From: Eledone cirrhosa
Lineage: Eukaryota
Reading direction: 5' to 3'
DNA: 64,000 nucleotides
Assembly: GCA_964016885.1 (NCBI GenBank)
Contig: OZ024746.1
Location: 35,588,001-35,652,000, forward strand
Shown: in pieces, positions 56,570-64,000 of the stretch
Position numbering within the stretch: the first letter of the stretch is position 1
How the letters are laid out: each line of letters starts with the position of its first letter
The notes under the pieces: generated by a model
Told to the model about the DNA's origin: nothing
The model's database searches: none
Seen by the model: the letters and a program-made list of their open reading frames with translations, nothing else
Translations under genes and position numbers: made by a program

Positions 56570-59500
56570 GGGGAGGTTATAGTTCACTTGAAGCATTGTG
56601 TAATGAGGTATAAACGTTTGTATATGTATAATAAAGCCAAAAGAATGCAGGTATGGACATAGAATAAAGAATGCAAATGCAAAATATATTGTTGACAATT
56701 AGTCTTTTACATTAGATTTATTTAAATGTCCTTAATTTTCGAGATAATATCTCTTCTTCGGAGAGAAGTAAAGCGGTTAAACCAGTGTTCTAAATAGCTT
56801 TCCAATTCATGCTGACAGGAAATGGTATAGAGTGTCCGTTCTATCTCTAATGTCAAAGAGTTAAGGTTAGGTGGATAAAGAGTAGTCTCCCATTAAAAGG
56901 GTTTTTTTTGTACATGCCTGTTTAAGTGTGTGGGAGAATGCATGAAGGTGTAAGTATGTGAGTGTTTGTGTGTGAGAGTGAGAAGATGTGTCTATACGTA
57001 AATGTGGGGGATAGATGTTATTTCGTGTTAGAACTGGTCTTTGTGTGTGTATGTGTGTGTGTGAGAGAGAATAAGTGGAGGTGTAAGTGTGTGTATGTGC
57101 GTGTGTGTGCGTGCGTGTGTGTGTTCATGTGTGTGTGGGGGATGTGTGTAAATATGGGGCTAGAAGCCTTATCATGTTATAAATTGGGTCTTGAGTTCTA
57201 GTCTATTATTGATTGGTGGTTGTGTTTTGTCTATAATTAGTGCTTCCTTAATTCTAAGAATGCCGAGGTTTCTTTCCTTAGTTTCTATCCTAACTGTTAT
57301 GGTTTTGTCGGTGTTTTTGCATTTAACTAGGTGTCTCTTAAATGAGGAAGCTTTAGTATTGAGGTGTTCTTTCATTCTTATGTGGAGTGGTCTGGTGGTG
57401 CTACCTACGTAGAAGTTGCTGCATTTGTCACACTCTAGTCTGTATACGACGTAAGCCTGGTGGCATAGGTCTGTGTCGTAGATAGGGCAGTTGGCTAGCC
57501 TGCAGCAGTTGTATGTCTGGTGGAGTGTTTTTTGATTAGCTGTCCGCGTAGAGAAAGACCTGTTCACAACTGTAAAGAAACTCTTCCAGCTATCTGAAAA
57601 GCGCGCCAAAGCCGGCTGCCAAATAAACTTCCTAAAACGATGCATGAATAACAACATCATCGCCAAAACTATCAATAACTTGCACCTACCAACTTGCTTC
57701 AAATCACCAGGCCTCAAACGATCAATTAGTTACATACACAAATTCTGCCTAAGATACTTCATACAACACCTACACCGCACGCTACAACACCACATACAGA
57801 CTATTTCCAGCCTTGTACCACAACTCGCTGAAACTCCAGAACCTCTGTCCAGAGTTATCTCCGCGGCTATAAACAGGTCATACCACCATCGCCGAGACTA
57901 CGAGAAAATACGCCTAGCGCAAACATTTCTCAAACTCGGCACGTCTAACCGTCTTAACAACATCCCAACTCTAAGCAACAACAGAGGCGAACAAGACGGT
58001 ACCAACACCGAACCTAACGGCGCCCCGACCAACAACACACCTGACGCAAAGCACCTCGTCACAGACTTGACAGGACCCCTCTCCCGAGTGGAATTAGACC
58101 TCCTCAGCCTGGGTCCCAAGTTTATATTGAAACAGAGACTGGACGACAAATTATGGCTCAACATAGAAACGAATTTCTGTCGAGCTACCTACCAACTAAA
58201 ATGGATATCGACTCACGTAATCTAACAAACCCAGATTCCCGATATACCAACTGGATCGCCCACTCTGTCCACCGCCTGCCAACCGCGAGCTTGAAGAAAA
58301 ACTCTCGAGGCTAAAACATTCCGTATTTAACATCTTACGGAAACAGAAAGAAGATAGCCCAAAACCTCTCCAGGACACAACAACTCGCCCTGAAGAACCT
58401 ACGGAATAGGGAACTTATATACTTACCATCCGACAAAGGTAAAGAGTTTTGCGTCATCACTCAAGCCACATACAACAACCTAGCCTTTGAACACCTAAGC
58501 GACAATGAATAATATACAGATATCCCAGACATGACTGCAGCCCAGATCGAATAACAGACCAAGTCCATCTGGTTCGATACATGTAGGAGAAGACAACTCC
58601 CAGATAAAGTTAAGCACAACTACACCACTTGAAATAGCAGACTGCCCTCTTTCTACCACCTCATCAAGACCCACAAGAATACTACTAAGACGCAAATAAG
58701 ACCCATCGTCTCTAGCATAGAAGGACCCCTATACAAAATTTCCTCGCTCCACTGCCAGGTCCTCGAGCCTCTACTCTCCACCTTTCCCGGGCATGTCAGT
58801 AGCTCCGACGAAATTATACGTAGACTACACCAACTCCAGCCAGAACAACTTAAACTAAATAGATAGGCATTTAGCCTCTACGTTGTCTCCCTCTACATTA
58901 CAGTCCCCGCTCATCCAGCTGTCGATTTATTGACGCACTGCGTGGTCGTAGAGGACATCCACTGCTACGCCCTCCATACGACGGACATACACCAGCTTTT
59001 GTCCTTCACAGTAGACAACACGTACTTCACCTTCCACCACCACACATACAGACAGACAACAGGATTACCCATGGGATACAGCCTATCGGGTCTGCTGGCC
59101 ATCACCTATATGAACCAGCTAGAATGCCGAGCCCTCAACACCTGCCATTCCCATACCTTCTTCACCCGATATGTAGATGACATACTCATCCTTACATCAT
59201 CCCGTGAGGAGGCAAATAAAATATACACAATATTCTCCAGTATGGACGCCAGTATAAAGTTCAGCATGGAACACCCCGATGACCGCGGATCCCTATCCCT
59301 ACTGGACTTCCAACTCAGGGTAACAAAGAAAGGCAACATCCACACCTGCTTCTATAAAAAAGCCGCCAGCAGGGACCTGTTCGTACATTTCAGATCGGCC
59401 CTCCCAGCCGGCGCTAAGTTCGGATACATAAGGAACGAACTAACACGTATCCGGAACAAATGCACCGACGCTAGAGACCGAGACACACACAGCACATTTC

Positions 59501-60642
59501 CTGGAAGTACTCAAACTGAACGGATACACGACATCCACCATAAACTGTGCCAGAAAGAACAGAGGACACCACACTCGAAGCACTAACACTTGCTTCCTGA
59601 AGCTCCCACACCTCAGTGACGAAACAACAACAGCCATCCGCAGAGCTATCAGACGAGAGAGACAAGATATCCAACTGACCCACTCAGGTCCTTCTCTACG
59701 CGGACAGCTAACCAAAAAACACTCCACCAGGCATACAACTGCTGCAGGCTAGCCACCTGCCCCATCTACGACACAGACCTATGCCACCAGGCTTACGTCA
59801 CATACAGACTAGAGTGTGACAAATGCAGCAACTTCTACGTAAGTAGCACCACCAGACGACTCCACATAAGAATAAAAGAACACCTCAATACTAACGTTTC
59901 CTCATTTAAGAAACACCTAGTTAAATGCAAAAATACCGACAAAACCATAACAGTTAGGATAGAAACTAAGGAAAGAAACGTCGGCAATCTTAGAATTAAG
60001 GAAGCACTAAATATAGACAAAACACAACCACCAATTAATAATAGACTAGAACTCAAGACCCAATTTATAACTTGATAGAGCTTCTAGCCCCATATTTACA
60101 CACACCTCCCACACACACATGCACACACACACGCACGCACATATACACACATACACACACACACGCTTACACATCCACTTATTCTCTCTCACAGACACAC
60201 ATACACACACAAAGACCAGTTCTAACACGAGATAACATCTATCCTCCACATTTACGTATCGACTTATCTTCTCACTCTCACACACAAACACTCACATACT
60301 TACACTTTCATGCATTTTCCCACACACTTAAACAGGCATGTACAAAAAAAACCTTTTAAAGGGAGACTACTCTTTATCCACCTAACCTCAACACTTTGAC
60401 ATTAGAGACAGAACAGATACTCTATACCATTTCCTGTCAGCATGACTTGGCAAGCTATTTAGAACACTGGTTTAACCGCTTTACTTCCCTCCGAAGAAGA
60501 GATATTATCTCGAAAATTAAGGACATTTAAATAAATCTAAGGTAAAAGACTAATTGTCAACAATATCTTTTGCATTGGCATTCTTTATTCTATGTCCATA
60601 CCTGCATTGTTTTGGCTTTATCATACATATACAAACGTTTAT
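56568..60642 (+). mobile_element. Penelope-like element (possibly Nematis-like) with ~950-bp inverted pLTR at its 5' side
   Basis: 56608-57562 is the reverse complement of 59685-60642; tail 56568-56607 on the inverted arm only; hammerhead-like CCGAAGA-a-gagat att atctc-GAAA-at-TA-agg at 60487-60522. Confidence 0.92.
57563..60074 (+). pseudogene. PLE RT plus GIY-YIG ORF, disrupted
   Basis: LLSLGPKF; YLPSDKGKEFCVI; FYHLIKTHK; IRPIVSS; SLYVVSLYITVP; YRQTTGLPMGYSLS; RYVDDIL; LSLLDF; FVHFRSALP; C..CPI; YRLECDKCSNFYV(G)ST; IKEAL; PPINNRLE. Confidence 0.93.
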
Positions 60643-62589
60643 ATATATATATATATATATATGTTTGTATGTGTGTTTGTGTGTGTGTTTGTGTGTGTAG
60701 TAGTAGTAGCAGAACACACATCCTTACCTTTTCAAAAGTAGCTATGAATAGACTATACACCATTTTGTAAAAGCAAAGTTAGTTTAAAGGTCATTCTTCT
60801 TCTTCTTGCTATCTGTTAGGGAAATAAATATTTCCACCAAACCTTGTGATATGACCTCGCTGCGCTGGAAGCCTGAGTAATAGAACACTTTCTGTAAGAT
60901 AAAGATGTGCTGGAACAGAAGTGCTATCTCAATGTGGAGATTGTCATATCATGTAATCATGCCTTCAGATTTCTAGCTTCCGAATCAAATATATTATGGT
61001 AGGTTCGTTTCCGATGAAAATCATTGACATATGCATTGAGAATGATGTCCCACTTTAAATAACGAAGATGGGAAGTGATCAGCCCAGGTTATTCCAGCTC
61101 ACATAAGATGAACTGAATCACAAAACAAATGCAAACAAGTGATGTGCAAGCAATTCTAACTCCCTAAAACAAATATTTTGAAAATCTATGAAAAATAATG
61201 TCCACATAGGAAGTCGGTTTAAACATACAGTTTGGTCTCGTGTATTCGGTGTTTTCATCATTTCGTATTTCAAATCTCAAACGTGTTTAAGACAAGGTAG
61301 TGAATTTCTGGAAATAAACCCAGGTAATTTTGTGCGTTTTAGTGCCACAAAGGCGAAGGAGTTATTTATGCTTTTAGGTATCAACTGACGGGTGGAAAAA
61401 CATTTCTGAAAAGTGGTAAACATATGCTGATCTTCTTTGTGGTGATCCTGACCAAATTCACTGCCACATATGTAAAAGAATATATTCTTTTTAAATATCG
61501 CTATTATAAATTTATCAAATGACTCACACACAACCACAGGGCTCACACAATAAATTATATAAGTGTGAGTATAATGAATAAATTACACTAACTTATATAC
61601 GTGTAAGTATAATGAATAAATTACACACGATCGCTCGAAAACTCATACATAATAGAATAGAATCACACATTACTTTGATATATTCTCCCGACATATGGCC
61701 ACACATTTCATACCAAAATACAAATCCGGGTAATATTGGACCGTTGCAAAATAATCACATTCTGAAGAAAAAGACATCACAAAATTAAAGATTGGAACAG
61801 AATAAAGATAGATGAAATCGAAGATATTAAAAGTGTCCTTAGTTCTTTAAAGCCTCACAGTCTTCTGATATCAACAACAGAGTTGAAAAATAGCAATTGG
61901 CATTAACAAATGATATAAGGAACTGAAATATAATTTATAATAAAATGTTGACAGAGATAAAATAGAAACTATTTCTTATACAATGATTATATATACAAAT
62001 AGCTTAATGACTATGAAATTATACTCAAGTTCAAATGGATAATCTAATTGAAACAACAGGAAACATTGGCAGTGGTAAACAGGGGCGCTGTCACTATAGG
62101 ATCTATAGTGTGACATACTCTCAGGTCTTGAATAATAGTCCTTCCCTCGCTAATTAATTTTTCAGATTTTCTCCAACTCCCGGCACCACTTATTAAATTT
62201 TGCTAATCCGTCTCCGGGGAAATTTTATTGTAAGTGATGTATATCCATACAGGAGCTGGAGAATCTGATAATATTATTTTACATTTAAAAAATACAATAT
62301 ATATGACAAAAAGAGAATATTACCAGATATTCCATATTTTCAAACGTACACTTTACAATTATCGATTCAACGCCCGTTTATTCCAACCCACGTATGTATA
62401 GATTACACATTTATCTATACATAGACTGATTAAGATATAATCTGGATTGACAAATAAAATATACATTTATATTCCTCAGCTTTTTTATATGTTTCAGTGT
62501 ATTTTTTTACAGAATGCTCTATAAGTAGTCATTTACCCCAGTAAGCATAGTCGTTTTTTCTTCTTACAATAGTTTATAACTTTGCCCAT

Positions 62590-63900
62590 TAATCCTTATG
62601 TTGAGCAAATGGCCTCCCCACAGCCCCGGGGACAGAATGGAGGAGGCGTTTCCCCGGAGGATGGTTAGGGAGATGCGCTGGTAGAGCCATTCCAACTCGC
62701 GAGGCTCATACCAGCGGCTGGCTAGCTACGCGCCTCTGGTGGTGAATAGGGTGTAGCCCTAGGGTCGAGGACAGCAGAGGTCTCCACTGCCAAGGGCACG
62801 TCTGCGAACCTGTCGGAGAGCGACCGGTACTTGGAGAGTTTGGCCTCCTCAACCCGACGTGCAGCAGTGCCTGGGTTAGTCGCAGACAGCACCTGGTTGC
62901 GGCTAGAGAAAGTGTCGCTGCAAGTGGCATCCTAAACAAGGGGTTTGCCACCGTGGAACGGGAAGATGGTCATACCGTCTGGCCTTTTGCCATCCTTTCG
63001 GTCCAGCCACACCGGATCGAGCAGGGAGGGGAAGCCTGCAGCGTCCAAGCCATGCTTAATGACCTCGTTGAGGGTAGCATGGCATGGAAGGCATCTGGCA
63101 CTATGGTGAGAGGAAAGTGGGTGAATCCGAAAGAGTCCACGGTGGATCCACAGCGACATTTATGTGGCTCGCAGATCCGGAGTCCAAGCCGCAAGGAAAC
63201 GGCAATGCGCAGGCTATAGTTATCCAGCTTCGTGCCAGTGGAAAAGGAGGGCAAGGCATGGAGGCAGGTACAACTGTGGGGTTTGGAGGCCGCACGAAAA
63301 CAGGCAAGGCGGTGCCGGTTGAGCTGGCGCCTGAGCCTGTCTGAGGCCAGGTTGCACTGGATGGCATCTGATACGCTTTGGGGGGACTTGACGTCAGCAG
63401 GGGGAGGAGGAGGAACGTCTACCGGACTAAGTCCCAGCCTGTCCCACGTCTCACAGGCGGCCTCACGTTCACTGAACACATAGGGTTGTATTGTGTTTTG
63501 GAGAACCCTGCTGGCGAGGACGCGGCATGAGGTTACCGATGAAAGTAACGCCGGCAAAGCCAGCGAGATCGAGGACCGGAGGCCAAGGCCGCCAAATCTG
63601 ACAGGTAAAATGGCCTGTTGCTATCCAATATTGTCAAACTTGACGTTGCGTATCTCCTCAGCTGCCGCTCGGAGACAAGTGTCAAGGTTAGCACGGAGAG
63701 ATGTGTGACTGTAGTACGGAGCGCTGCGAAGGGTGCAGAGGAGCTTCGGCATTGCGAAGCCGTTCCTCAACAGGAATAGAGCTGGGTGGCTGTCGATCTA
63801 GCTCAGTCGACTCGTGAGGGTCTGGAGTTGTTATACCCTAGACCTGATGGTGGAGCGGATGGCCGGTGAGTGGATCGGTGACCCGAGGATGAGGACACCC
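62590..63900 (-). mobile_element. CRE-like non-LTR retrotransposon 3' part (thumb, zinc knuckle, restriction-like endonuclease), disrupted
   Basis: FLLRNGFAMPKLLCTLRSAP; LPVRFGGLGLR; LDNYSLRIAVSLRLG...CRCG; HATLNEVIK; DGKRPDGMTIFPFHGGKPL; QRISLTILRGNA. Confidence 0.9.
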
Positions 63901-64000
63901 CATATGATATGAAACACATTCATGTGTTTCTGTGTGGTAAACAGAAAGGTTAGGCGAGGAAAGAATCTATAATAATAAAATATTTTTTTGTCCACATCTA

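Overview
AT-rich, microsatellite-dense eukaryotic DNA with no recognisable host exon. The SINE family and repeat landscape suggest an octopus/cephalopod genome (inference). Nearly everything interpretable is retroelement-derived. Penelope-like elements (PLEs) include two long, disrupted RT+GIY-YIG copies at 51.0-53.9 kb and 56.6-60.6 kb and several 5'-truncated Naiad-like copies. There are also RTE, R4/Dong-like and CRE-like LINE remnants, about ten co-oriented tRNA-derived SINEs, two Tc1/mariner-type MITEs and a probable Helitron derivative. The main unexplained signal is a recurrent architecture: at least a dozen fold-back (inverted-repeat) units of 0.06-4 kb, almost all bounded by (TA)n. 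They are built from PLE 3' ends, most carry minimal hammerhead ribozymes pointing outward on both strands, and a short tail sits on one arm only. More than 20 hammerhead-like motifs from about a dozen sequence families were read by eye, including a U3-A8 covariant core and recurrent C4 cores. A 427-bp-period retrozyme-like unit carries a canonical octamer upstream of its hammerhead. All calls are by manual inspection; no searches or folding were run.
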